DNA of 63,731 bases, the filler included, from Collodictyon triciliatum (taxonomy: Eukaryota), in assembly GCA_043381765.1 (NCBI GenBank). It is 6 parts of 6 records of this genome, joined end to end, with 100 filler letters (N's around TTAATTAATTAA, not from the genome) between each part and the next. Parts side by side here need not be neighbours in the genome. Positions count along the whole stretch, not along the records: positions 27,144 to 40,607 come from JBHJMP010001980.1; positions 40,708 to 54,166 come from JBHJMP010001983.1; 4 more parts are not named here. One strand, 5' to 3'. Shown here in pieces: positions 27,484 to 42,379 of this stretch. The position numbers were made by a program, and so were the translations under genes. The notes beneath the pieces are model-generated. The model made no database searches, was not told where the DNA came from, and saw nothing but the letters and a program-made list of their open reading frames with translations. The first letter of the stretch is position 1. Each line of letters begins with the position of its first letter.

Positions 27484-27960
27484 CTACAGTTGCGCCGAGT
27501 ATCCAAGGGGCCTTTTGTGAATCGTGCTTTTTTTCTCCTGTCGCACCTTGACCTTTTTCTTCAAATTAAATGTTTCGGCCATGGCTGTAGAAATAAAAAG
27601 AATAGCCACCCAAGGCCAAATATTCTCATCTTCCAGATATTGATAAAAATTGGCAAAGAATATTGAAATAGAGGGAGTGCGCATCACAGTCACGGATATT
27701 GCCGAGCCCCTTACCAGCCAGTTCGCTCCAAATCATTTTTCTGCTGCCAACCTGAGTCGTGTGCCCAAAACTACCAAGCTTTGTACATATAGAATAATCC
27801 TAGTGATGTATATTTTTTGGAGTGAATCTTTCAATCCACTGCACTGGAGGTATTGGCAAGTTTGTGAGACCGACTTGCGCTGCGTCAACACCTGCATCTC
27901 GGACACACGGCTATGAACCAAAAAAAAATCCTGCGCGGATACACCCTTACCAGGTTCCCA
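27484..27960 (-). CDS. Possible small multi-exon hypothetical protein
   Basis: GTAAGG donors and YAG acceptors join DYSICTKLGSFGHTTQVGSRKMIWSELA to AMAETFNLKKKVKVRQEKK...AQL* in frame. Start not found and no family recognised. Confidence 0.25.
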
Positions 27961-28580
27961 AAGGGAGTTCCAAATTCCAATCAATTACACATATCTGGAA
28001 CATAACTTTATGTTCATATCATACAGCTTAATTATCGCATTTTATGCTGTACAACATTGATAATATAGTATTATAAACAGACATTATGCAACGTACATGT
28101 CCAACCACAAGCTGACCAAGCATGAACACGCACCGACGTGTGGCCACACTCTAATCGGAGCGCACAAAGAGGTAGGCCATATATATACTCCTTTCCACTA
28201 CAGCACCAGGCGGACAAGCAGGCTGGATTGCAATGAATCAGAACGCCGTCTAAGAATCGCAGGGAGCCAAGTAAAGAGCCGCACTGACTCAATGACGCAC
28301 GCATGACGCCGCACACGTCACACACATACATCAGAGCGAAGGATTGATGCTGGCTGCTCACCCGAAAGCTCCTCACCCATACAAATGCCCTATCTCTCCC
28401 CAATCACAACATAACCCGACACTACACCAAAGGAAAGAATGAATTGTTGAAAGTCTCAAGCTTCTTCAAACACACGTTTTGCGCGCCAGTAATCCAGCTT
28501 CTCTTTCACTAACTCCAAACAATCTCTTCCTGTCCACTTGCTCGTAAGACACAGATCCCAACAAGCACCTTTTCTGAACA

Positions 28581-30463
28581 ATGTCTGACTGGACCAACCA
28601 ATACGCCCAAGAGCTCGTTGCCACTGCCGTAAGTCTACCTGCTTCCAACTCGCCGATCAAGCAGACTTCACCTTTTCTTTTCCTGTCAACAAACCTCGCG
28701 TTGCCTCGCCTGGGAGACATTCTCGCTGCCAGACTCTCTCTCTCTCTCCACAACCCCATAGACCAGGCCAAAGCCCCTCCACTCTCATTGGAAAAGAAAT
28801 ATACACTCTACAACAAACACTGTCACTTTTATCCCAGGCCGCCATGTCTGCCCCTGGCAAGGGACTCCTGGCTGCTGACGAGAGCACAGGCACCATCGGA
28901 AAGCGCTTCGACGGAATCAAAGTTGAGAACACTCTTGAGAACCGCCGCGCCTACCGCGAGCTCCTCTTCACCACCCCTGGCGGTACTGTGCGCTTATTCA
29001 TGCCATATAAGACATCACTGACACGACAGCACCGCCCCTACTCTTCAAAAAGAAAAAAAAAGAGAGAAAGAAGCCCTACCTCAGCCTGATTTTTCGTGTG
29101 GCACTCACCTCTCTGCAACGCGACTTTGGCGTAGAATGGGAAAACTTCATCAGCGGTGTGATCATGTACGAGGAGACCCTCAAGCAGACGTCGAGCGACG
29201 GCCGCCCATTCCCTGAGCTGCTCAAGGCCAAGGGAATCCTCACCGGCATCAAAGTCGACAAGGTAAGCAGCGTCCCTTCTCGCTCAACCCAAACGCACAA
29301 AAAAAAAAGAGGAAAAAATAGAACTTGTCAAGTTTCTGGCACTGAGCCTTTCAACCAAAACCAAAACAGGGCACAGTTGTCCTCCCCGGCACCAACGGCG
29401 AAACCACCACTATTGTAAGTCCCTCTGGCCCCACCCATTAATAATCTACAAACAAAAAAAAAAAAAAAAGAGGAAAGAAACATACTGTTTTGCAAGAAAG
29501 ACGAATCACATAAAAAAAAAGTCCCCTACTTTCCTGACTCACGGATATCACCAACACAGGGCCTGGACGGACTCGGAGCCCGCTGCCAAGAGTACTACAA
29601 GCAGGGCGCCCGCTTCGCCAAGTGGTAAGCACTCCCAGTCCGACACGCACAGATACCATGAAAGGCATGATTACGCGCGCAGGCAACACTGACAGCAAAG
29701 GTCAACGACAACAGGCGCGCAGTGATCAAGATCAGCGAGGACGGATGCCCGTCGCCGCTGGCGATCCACGAGAACGCATACGGCCTCGCGCGGTACGCAG
29801 TGATCTGCCTGGAGAACGGGCTTGTGCCGATTGTGGAGCCGGAGGTTCTGTGCGACGGCAAGCACAGCATCGAGACGTGCGCGGCTGTCTCGGAGAAGGT
29901 CTTTTCGGCCGTGGTGAAGGCGCTGCACGACCACCACGTCAACTTCGACCAGATTGTGCTGAAGCCCAACATGATCACCCCGGGCTCCGAGGCTGCCGCC
30001 GTCCCGGCCGAGCGCATTGCCGAGCTGACTGTCCGCACGCTGCGCCGCACGCTGCCCCCGGCCGTCAAGGGCGTCCTGTTCCTCTCTGGCGGCCAGACCG
30101 AGGAGGAGGCCACCCGCAACCTCAACGCCATGAACAAGCACCACCCCGGCCAGCCCTGGTCCCTGACCTTCTCCTACGGCCGCGCCCTCCAGGCCACCGT
30201 CCTCAAGACATGGCTCGGTGCGTCCTGACTCCGCGCCCTGATTCTCCCTCTCCCTCTCCATCCCAGTCTTTGCCTGCCGATGCTCCCGTCCCCGACTCAC
30301 CCCGCCTCCAATTACAGGGAAGTCCGAGAACGTCGCAAAGGCCCAGGATGCATTCTTCGCCCGCGCAAAGGCAAACTCAGAGGCTGCCCTTGGCAAGTAC
30401 GATGGCTCTGCTGCCGCCTCCTCTGCCAACGAGAGTCTCCACGTCGCCAACTATGTCTACTAA
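28581..30463 (+). CDS. FBA: Fructose-bisphosphate aldolase, class I (7 exons)
   Basis: [61 protein letters not shown], Schiff-base Lys in [22 protein letters not shown]-terminal NYVY*. Strong C-ending codon bias. Confidence 0.97.
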
Positions 30464-31066
30464 GTCCTTTCGCCCCCCCTAAGGGACAGAACCATAAACG
30501 AAACAAGCAAGAAGGTGGAAGGAATGGACTGATTTTCTCATTACATATCCCGAGTCCCGGCCCCCTTCCACCGGGATGGGGCGATTGGAGGCGACATAGA
30601 CATGTCTCGACTCGCCGTCGGGGGCCAGTGGGGTGAGGTTGCCGAGATGTCGGAGGTTAATCTCTCTCGTTCCACCTGTGGCTCTTTTCATTTTCGCAGC
30701 CTCGTGGGCCGCTGATGTGGCCTTTGTTGAGCCTGACCTGTGAATGCGCATCGTGTGGCTGTTGCCTTACGTTGGTGCCAAGGGTTGGGTGCGCCATATA
30801 CTGTACCATCATGTGTAGTCTACATAATTGGATGTTTGCTAAGCATCCTTAATTGTCATGAGGCAAATTTCATAACAGATAGCGCAAAATATTGCGACAT
30901 AAATATATTTTCCGCATTTGTAACAAGAGAACTAAAATCCGAATGTCGATATTGAACCTACTTCGATCTGCTTACTTTGTTGTTAAACAAACGTTTCTCT
31001 TTCGTAATCACAAGGCCAGGGATACCCGTGAGTTTCTGTCTAACCCGAAGACAACCCAGCGTCGAA

Positions 31067-32396
31067 ATGAAGTTGTAAGTCCTCCCCCACCAGAGCATTC
31101 ACCATATTCCATCCTATCAACTCACTCCCCATGCCCCATCCTCGGCGACTGGCTTGTTGATTGTCTCTGCTTAGACCGGCAGTGCTGCGCTCCAGATAGC
31201 ACAGACGAATTTAGGCAATTTTTGGGCCGTGATTGGTTAAGATTGGTTCACAAACGAGTAAGGCATCGCCGTTTCCAGAGCGCACGACACCGATAGCCTT
31301 CCCACAGAAAATAACTGATCAGATTTTACTGGCGCCCCCAATGTAAATTAGTTTCGGTCACCTCCAAAAGCACCCTCGTTTCAAGGCCAGATCACTGCAT
31401 CAATTACATTGGTCAAGAGGAGGCAGTAAGATTGAGTGAGACTCACAGCGAGTTTGCTTAGCTAACAGCAAAAACAGTGCTTCCTACCCGATCGCTTGTT
31501 AGCATCAGTCCCTCCCACGTCCATACGTAGAGATCCCGTCGCAGAACCCTGGGCCACATATCGTTGGATCGGGATGTGGAGTCTGTCTCCTCGGTCATAA
31601 AACTCTGAAGCTGGTCTTTGGCTTCTGCTTATTTCTGTTCCCCTTTCGCTCTCCTCTCAATGACCCTCCAGTCAAACCGGACCCAGTACAATACGCTGAA
31701 CTTTTCCAACATAGCCTCAAAGCCGGAAAGGTCGTCATTGTCACCCAAGGCCGTTATGCTGGCCGCAAAGCCGTCCTCGTCAAAATCAACGAGGAAGCCA
31801 AGGGCAAGCGCCCCTACGGAAACGCCCTTGTTGCCGGAATCCGCCGCTACCCCTTGAAGGTCACCAAGGGCATGAGCAAGAAGCGCCTGAGCCAGCGCTC
31901 CCGTGTCACCCCCTTCCTCAAGGTCCTCAATCTCAACCACTTCATGCCCACCCGGTGAGTCATCTTCCTGATGAAACGATCCCTCCCCCACCAGCAACGA
32001 AAGTTTTGCTTTTTTCTGAAATATTACCAAATGAGTTGAATAAGCAGCACTTGGCTTGTAAGCTGTTAACGTGTGTGCTATTCTCCCAGCTACAACTTGG
32101 ACGTTGATGGCAAGAAGGAGAAGATCACCGAGATCCTGAAGCCCTTCGAGGCCGCCGTCGACCCCGCCAAGCGCCGCGCTGTCCGTGGCCAAGTCAAGAA
32201 GTTCTTCCAGGAGAGGTGAGGGAACAACCCACTTTCAGTCACTCTATCGCCGCCCTCCATTTGCATCCAATCTGTAATCATGTCTTATTTGCCTCCCTTC
32301 CCCCGTCCGACCTCACAAGCATTCACACTATGAACACCCTCCTGCAGATACCTGAGCGGCAAGAACAAGTGGTTCTTCTCCAAGCTCCGCTTCTAA
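31067..32396 (+). CDS. RPL27: 60S ribosomal protein L27 (eL27), 4 exons
   Basis: ATG AAG TT|gtaagt...atag|C CTC AAA GCC gives MKFLKAGKVVIVTQGRYAGRKAV, then RYPLKVTK, NHFMPTRY and GKNKWFFSKLRF*. Confidence 0.97.
31151..31309 (+). ncRNA. Candidate intronic box H/ACA snoRNA (unit A)
   Basis: Hairpin attgtct/aggcaat with inner gtgct/agcac, H-like AAACGA at 31252-31257, hairpin aaggcatcg/cgatagcctt, ACA at 31304-31306. Confidence 0.4.
31338..31470 (+). ncRNA. Candidate intronic box H/ACA snoRNA (unit B)
   Basis: Perfect 9-bp stem ccaatgtaa/ttacattgg, H box AGAGGA at 31416-31421, second hairpin (agtaag/tttgct; tgagt/actca), ACA at 31465-31467. About 130 nt in total. Confidence 0.55.
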
Positions 32397-32722
32397 ATGG
32401 AGAATGCATCGCCGCCCACCCATAAACTTCTGTGTATTCAGACTTGTCCATCTCGCGAGAGCAGACCCATCTTGCGCTACTGCGCCATGACTCAGGGCGA
32501 GCGTGACAATCAATAGCGCATGAAATCTGGCAATGGTCGAGTCATGTATTGCGGGCGGTAGAAGGTTTATGTTAATGGGAGATAAAGTAAGAAGGAACAG
32601 CGCTGTCTTCAACTTCTCTTTAGGGTGGGTTTGCGCCGGCGGGAGTTTAGTCTCAGAGAGCGGTGGTTGGGTACATCTGACGCGGGGGTGAAAGAAGGAA
32701 AGAAGAGAGGAGGAAGGAGTGC

Positions 32723-35882
<3,160 letters not shown>

Positions 35883-37070
35883 CTTCTGGGCGAGGTTGTG
35901 GGGTCTGTTAAAACGGCGGGTTAGTGCAAGAAACAAATCGAATGAAGAAAGAAGCTACAGGAAGTGGCGCAAGGCAGCTCCTCAAACACATTAACCCACT
36001 CGAGAGTATTCTTGCCGAGACAACCATGCACTTGCTCTTCGCGTGAACCAGCCACTGTTTTTTTTTTTAACTTCAAAATTAGAAGCCGTCAAAGGGCTTG
36101 TGGGCTTTGCTCACAGAAGCAGGGATCATTCTACCAGAACATGTTGGATTGTGGTGCTTTGGCTTGTCGGTTCTCTGAGCAGGTTTATCGTTGTCGTGGC
36201 TCTGGTGATTAGTTTCACAGCAGCCAAAGCGGCCAGGCCCTATAGCTGCCGCCGAATGTTCCATGACAGAAGCTTCTGCATAGCCCACTGACTGCTCGTG
36301 GACATCACGCGCTGGATTCTGATAGAATGAAAGTTCTGGAGCCATGTTTCTTTCGGTTTATATCCGCTTTTCCTTTCGGGCTTTGTCTTTATGCGTGTTT
36401 TCTCTTCTTTCTTCAGATTTTCCTTCCTTCCAACTATAGGAGGAGGCAGAGAAGCATCTCCCAATGGCTTGTTGCTCATCGTTTCTTTATTTTCTCTCCC
36501 TTTCTTTCTGCTTGGGGGTGGGTGTTTGAAACAGGCAAATGGAATGAGACAGGCGTGAAATGGAAAGTTTAAAAAAAAAGGAACAAATTATAGCAAAGAG
36601 AACGATTGGTCAAAGGAAAGTGATTCAGATAAGTTAATTCTTCGCGTGGAATCTGAGGGTTTCCATATTTGGGAGTATCCTGTCAAATTTGGAAGAATAG
36701 CTTGCACCACGCGCTGTATTCGGCAGAAGACTAATAAGGGAATTCCCAATTACCAAAATCCTAAGTCTCCGGAATTGGACAATCGAATTTGTAAACTTTG
36801 ACAATATGTATTGGAGTGTCACGAATTTCATCCCTCCTTGTCTGCCTTTGATCATCCCTGCGATCCAACGACAAGCAGGTGATCAACTGTTCCGCCTGAC
36901 TCATCAAAGCTCAGCGGAACGAAGCCAGCCGGAGAATAGCGGCGAATCAGAGCAGCTCATGACTAACCTGTTGAATGCTTTGCACTAGAATAAGGACATA
37001 TATTAGGTTGATTGATTTCTAAAGTCTTTGTATCCTTTTACTTTAACATGCTGCAAGGTTCTGCTTTATA

Positions 37071-37903
37071 ATGGCGAGTGTCAGTTTCTTTCGCGAGCCT
37101 GGATGGGTGATGATCTACCCAGTTTACCTCAATAAGAAATTAACGATGCAGCAAGGCCGAAAACTCCCTGGGTCGAAGGTATGAAAATAACATTTTCTCT
37201 TTTTCCAAAGTCTCCTTTTCCCCGTAAAGCGGGTCAGAAGAAAAGACAGCTCTGTACCCCACCCGCGCCCAGTAGGCCCGAACAATGTGTACATTTAACG
37301 TTATGAGCTACTATGACAAACCCAACTATAGGCTGTAGACGAGCCGACATCACAAGAAATATACGAAGCATGCAGAAGACTCGGCTTTGCAGACTCATTG
37401 TTGAAACATGAAGTATGGCGCATTCCAGTGTGTTTCGATACGACGACCACTCACATGTTCATCTGACAACACAATTTTAACGAATAAATGTTAGCCTCTG
37501 AAAGCATACTCGAGGGATTATACTCAACGTGGCCGCGTGCAAGTACGAATCAAACAAGAGAACGGTGATCTTTACAACCAGTCTGTTCCAACACGTAAGT
37601 TTATCATTGAAAAGAAAAGACATGACCTATATCATTCCAATTTTTGCTATACTTTTTTTCTTCGTAAAATCTTTCAAAATAACTCTTTCACCATTCAAAG
37701 ACAAAACAAAAGCTCCATCCAATCGTGCTCTCTCTAAACACCTTACAACAGGGAAAATTTTGAATACACTCGTGGCAAGCACGATACAAGAGTTGCCATC
37801 AAGAAAAGGTACCCAGGCCGGCCCCTCACGTGCTCCTGCTTCGTCGTCAACAGGGGGAGCAGAAGATAAAGGAAAGAAATCAGGAAAGAAGGGAAAGAAA
37901 TAA
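37071..37903 (+). CDS. SRP19: Signal recognition particle 19 kDa protein (4 exons)
   Basis: WVMIYPVYLNKKLTMQQGRKLP, AVDEPTSQEIYEAC, KAYSRDYTQRGRVQVRIK and a Lys-rich tail GKKSGKKGKK*. Confidence 0.93.
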
Positions 37904-38711
37904 AAGTGTTTGGTGGTGACCCCGCTGGCCCTAAACTAAATTCTGCGACGAAAAAGAATGCCTTTTGGTTGCTTAACATCCGACTTCAGGCCCGTTATCC
38001 CAGCATCGAGGGGTGAAACCCTATCAAAATGTTTCAGATGACACACCAGACTCAAGTTGCAATTTGTATGATAAACCCCATGATTTTAATGAGTTACGAC
38101 AGCGGCGCAGTCCTTTCCGCGATATATCGCAGCCTTGTAAAGGGCTCAGAACATAATTTTACAGGAAATTATATTCCAGAATAAGACATAAGAATGAAAC
38201 TGGATAGTACAATATTGGAAAATATATATTATCACTAAAATATTTTATATTATCTATTAAAAATCAATGCAATACCGAATTTCAATGAAATGCATAATAT
38301 TTAGTACTACTAAATGTGCTGAAAAACAGATGGTCGGAGTCTGGCAAATGCAGACAACACTAGTGGAGATCGAACACCAGCCATTTATTTATCCCAACCT
38401 CTCACAACAACGCGAACAGGCAGCAAAGAACAGCTCATATCTTGTTGATTATGTGCACAACTCAACCACACCCTTAGCCCAGTAAAGGGAAGTTTTAAAG
38501 CACACACACACCAGCCGTTTTCTCTTAACGAGCACAGGAAATGTTCTTCAAGTCCAGCGTATGTGGAATTCACAAACCATTTCATAATCTATAAGACATC
38601 CTCTGATGCCCATCCACTTCCGGTGAATACCAGAGTAAAATTAAGGGCTATACTCGCCCAGCTTCTTGCTTTAAATATATACTCAATACCACTTAGGCGA
38701 AACCAAATACT

Positions 38712-40408
38712 ATGAAGCGAAAGATTGTCGATTACGACACTTGCCCTGAGTGCTTTGGTGCAAACATCCATATTGGTGGGGCATCATATTCTAATTCTAC
38801 AATTTTATTTCATCGGCTCTCATATTATGGAAATTCATCCAAATGATAATAATCTGAACAAAGCCAACAAGAAAAAAAAAAGAAGCTAATTCTATTCACG
38901 ATAGATGAAAAAGAAGGGGAAAGAACATGCCATGATTGTGGGAATGTATTGGAGACAAGCGTGATTACCTCATCCATGCCACGGTCATTTCAAGACGATT
39001 TTGGTGTCTCTGGTGCATCCACTGGCTATGGGCCTCTTCAATTGATAGAGGTCTTTAGCGCTTTTGATGCCCAAGTAGTCCCAAAGACTCAGAGAGTCGA
39101 AGTGCCTGTAGAAAGCCATCGAGGGGACATTCCCAAAGTCTGTCTATCCCCTGTTGAGCGTGTTCCTACAGTGCCGACAACAGACAAAACCACTAGCTCC
39201 AACATGACGAAAAAATCGGTATATTTTCCTTTTGAAGATGTCAATCCTCACATATACCACACGTTGTTCTCATCGTTGGATGTAGTCTAACACAAATAAT
39301 AACATTTCGCTTCTTCTTTTTTTCGCCTTAGACGCAAAAGTATTTCAGAGCGCTGTCTAAAATCCGCGAATCGTGTGCTCATTTGAAGCTCCCTGACAGC
39401 ACCACAACATTTGCTGTCACCACAATCGATTCCATCTTCCCTTCTTGCATTCACATAATCAAATCTGAAGGAAAGCTGGAAGGTATACCTCTAGTACATT
39501 ATAATTCATGCTTCAGACTCTCAAAATAATTTAGATAAGTGTTAATTCAACTCTTTTAACTTATACCCAACTATTTATGCAATTGTAATAGCCTTTGTTG
39601 GAGCACTCATTCTGATAGGAGGAGAGTCTACCAACAACACACGAACAATAAAAGGTAACAAAGCACCAATTTCAAGCATAAAATAGACATCAGTAAGGTT
39701 CATAGCTAAGTCGGACATTTTGATAAATATATTGTCTATTATTTTGTGTAGATGTCGCACTTGCCGTGTCATCCAGCATTCCAGAGGTCTCTCGAATGAA
39801 AAAAACACTGATTGAAATCAGCCCCCATATTGTACAGAAAAGAGACTCGACTCAGAATACCTACATGTCTATAGTAAGTGATTATACAGATTCATTATTG
39901 ATTTTTTTTTATCGATTTTGCCACATTTATTCATTATTGCGATTGTTCGTGATATATATATAGGACACCATGAACTCTTTTGGCTGGTGCCATGAAGCTT
40001 TGGTTTCGAAGCTAAACAAAATGGTCGATGAAGTAAAAAGTCACCCACACATGCCAGGAGCAAACAGAACAGGCCAATCCATCATGAGTGTTCTACTCTA
40101 TTGGGGGGATATATGTCACAATCCACAAAGGAGGATAACCCGCCAAGGTATGTCAGCAGTTTTTGCCTTATTTACTACATGACAGTTGTAGGATACATTT
40201 TTCTTGAAGGATTTTATAAAGAGAAGCCAGCGCATGTATTTTGCTTTTTATTCACATAGTGCTTTCTCTCATAGAATTCCTGGAAAAAACAGGATTTTGC
40301 AGCAAGACCTTCGGTCGAGTCTACAATGAGCTGCTCCCTCGTATTGGGTACATCACCCAAAGCTGCTTCGGATGCTCACTTGACTCGGCTGGACTGAATG
40401 GAATCTGA
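38712..40408 (+). CDS. Divergent TFIIB-like transcription factor (Zn ribbon plus two cyclin-fold repeats, 7 exons)
   Basis: MKRKIVDYDTCPECFGANIHIDEKEGERTCHDCGNVLETSVI. Repeat 1: IRESCAHLKLPDS...AFVGALILIG...RTIKDVA. Repeat 2: RTGQSIMSVLLYW...ITRQEFLEKTGFCSKTFGRVYNEL. All introns are GT-AG and frame-preserving. Confidence 0.8.
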
Positions 40409-40567
40409 AGCAGGCCGAATCCACCCACCCTTCTTTCTTTCTTTCTTTCTTTCTTTCTAGATTAACAAACTAAATATATCATACACTATATTTCCCCAAC
40501 CCTTATCTGTCACACAACTATACATTCATTAGTTAAAATCCAACAAACTATAAAGTGCTTTCAAATG

Positions 40568-40607
<40 letters not shown>

Positions 40608-40707
40608 NNNNNNNNNNNNNNNNNNNNNNNNNNNNNNNNNNNNNNNNNNNNTTAATTAATTAANNNNNNNNNNNNNNNNNNNNNNNNNNNNNNNNNNNNN
40701 NNNNNNN
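40608..40707. other. Artificial contig spacer
   Basis: TTAATTAATTAA at 40652-40663 within 100 nt. Confidence 0.95.
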
Positions 40708-41497
40708 TTTTCTCATACTCGCGGGACACTATCACGCGTCCCCAAAAGAAATCCATGCGTCTCTTATCAAGCCTCAAGGACCTCTCTTTTCCCTTTTTTT
40801 TCCTTTTTATGAATATTCTATCTCGCCCACATCCCCGCCTACTTTGGAACTACTTGCCTGATGGTTGAATGAAAGATTGTTGAGACAGGCTCAACAGCCA
40901 AGATTTTTAGAATAAAAAAAAAGCGCATAAACCCGCTTTTCCACAAAAGGTGCACCCTATAACAAAGCCTGTTTTCTAATGTGGAATATAATTAGTAGTC
41001 CATATATTATGCATGTTGAGTCACGCTTTAAAATAGTTGCAAACAATATTATCCATCATAAATTAATGATGCATTGAATAATGATTGATTAATAGTTTAC
41101 TTGAGCCATATTGGAAGGTTCTAGAGAACTACGCCCAAAGCGCCTCTTTCGAGCAACCAGAAAGAGTCCGCGTTTCTTGCAGGCTTGACATCGCACAACG
41201 TATGGGCACAATCCAAAGAAGTCTCGTCAGGCAATACTGCGACGACTGTGCCTGTTTTCTCGACGTCATGTACTCGAGACGCACCCAAACTTCAACGAAA
41301 GAGGATCATCTCTCCCCTTGCTTTCCTTGAAACAACCCTTCAGAAATGGATGCGTCTCAATACACGTTCACATATTTTTCGATTCGCCGTCGCAAAGCCA
41401 ACGGCATTAAGCTACCTACTAGCATACTTTACTAAAAACTTGTTCGCATTGATCAGAGACCAATATCTTCCTCGGACTCGCTGCTTTCATCGACTTT

Positions 41498-42247
41498 ATG
41501 TCTAGCGACGCCGCCCAACTCCAAGAATTACAGCAACTCACAGGAGCCGCTGACATTTCTGTTCTTCGAAACAGCAGCTATTTGGATTTGCGATACAAGA
41601 GTCTAACGTCTGTACCTCTTGGTGTTTTTTCAATGACTCTTTTGAAGCGATTGGATCTTTACTACAATCAACTATCATTCTTACCACCCGAGATATCCTG
41701 TCTTACTTCGCTCAGAGAGCTTGGCTTATACAACAATCCTGTATTCATTTTTCGACAAGATTTTCCTTAATCATGTGATTGTATTATTTTTTTTTAAAAA
41801 AAAAAGAAAGAGAAAAGGTCTGCTCAGAGAACTTTAAATAGATGGAGGAGCTGCCACCTGAAATCACCATGCTGACAAATCTGAAACGACTCTACATTCA
41901 GAATTGGATAGGGTATATTAACATAAAGAGGGCGCCGTGTGGTATAACAAGTCTGCCTTGTTGGAATAATACAGAAAAACCAATCAGTGGTATGATTTAT
42001 GGCAATCCGTTGAGGAAAGTCCAGCTTTTCAATCCGGTAAGTGGTACTGTTACTTAGTTGTTCCTAAATTATGATACTTAATATCTCTCATCAGGAAAAG
42101 CTTACGGTCGAGGGTGCAGATAAAATTGGTGTTGATGCCACAGAGAGGTCTCTTTTTCAAACTGGCGAACTACCTGATGTCTTTGCTATCGCCCAAAGAG
42201 AGGCCTATCTTTCTCTTATGGATATCCACGAGGAAAAGTGGTCATGA
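41498..42247 (+). CDS. Small leucine-rich repeat protein (3 exons)
   Basis: LDLRYKSLTSVP, LKRLDLYYNQLSFLPPEI, LRELGLYNNP|MEELPPEI, LKRLYIQ. GT-AG introns ~41741-41841 and ~42037-42094. Confidence 0.8.
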
Positions 42248-42341
42248 CGCTAACCCTACACTTTTTACCTTCATTTAATCTTTATTCATTTTTAACATTT
42301 GACATGGCCTCTAACCCTTCCGACATGCGGTCACCTAACCC

Positions 42342-42379
<38 letters not shown>

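Noticed and set aside
31968-32002. CTGATGA...CGAAA as a hammerhead ribozyme core
   Set aside because: No stem II pairing between the motifs and no convincing stems I or III.
37030-37057. GTATCCTTTT...CTTTAAC...AG upstream of SRP19 as a U12 intron
   Set aside because: Only ~28 nt, too short, and outside any supported exon structure.
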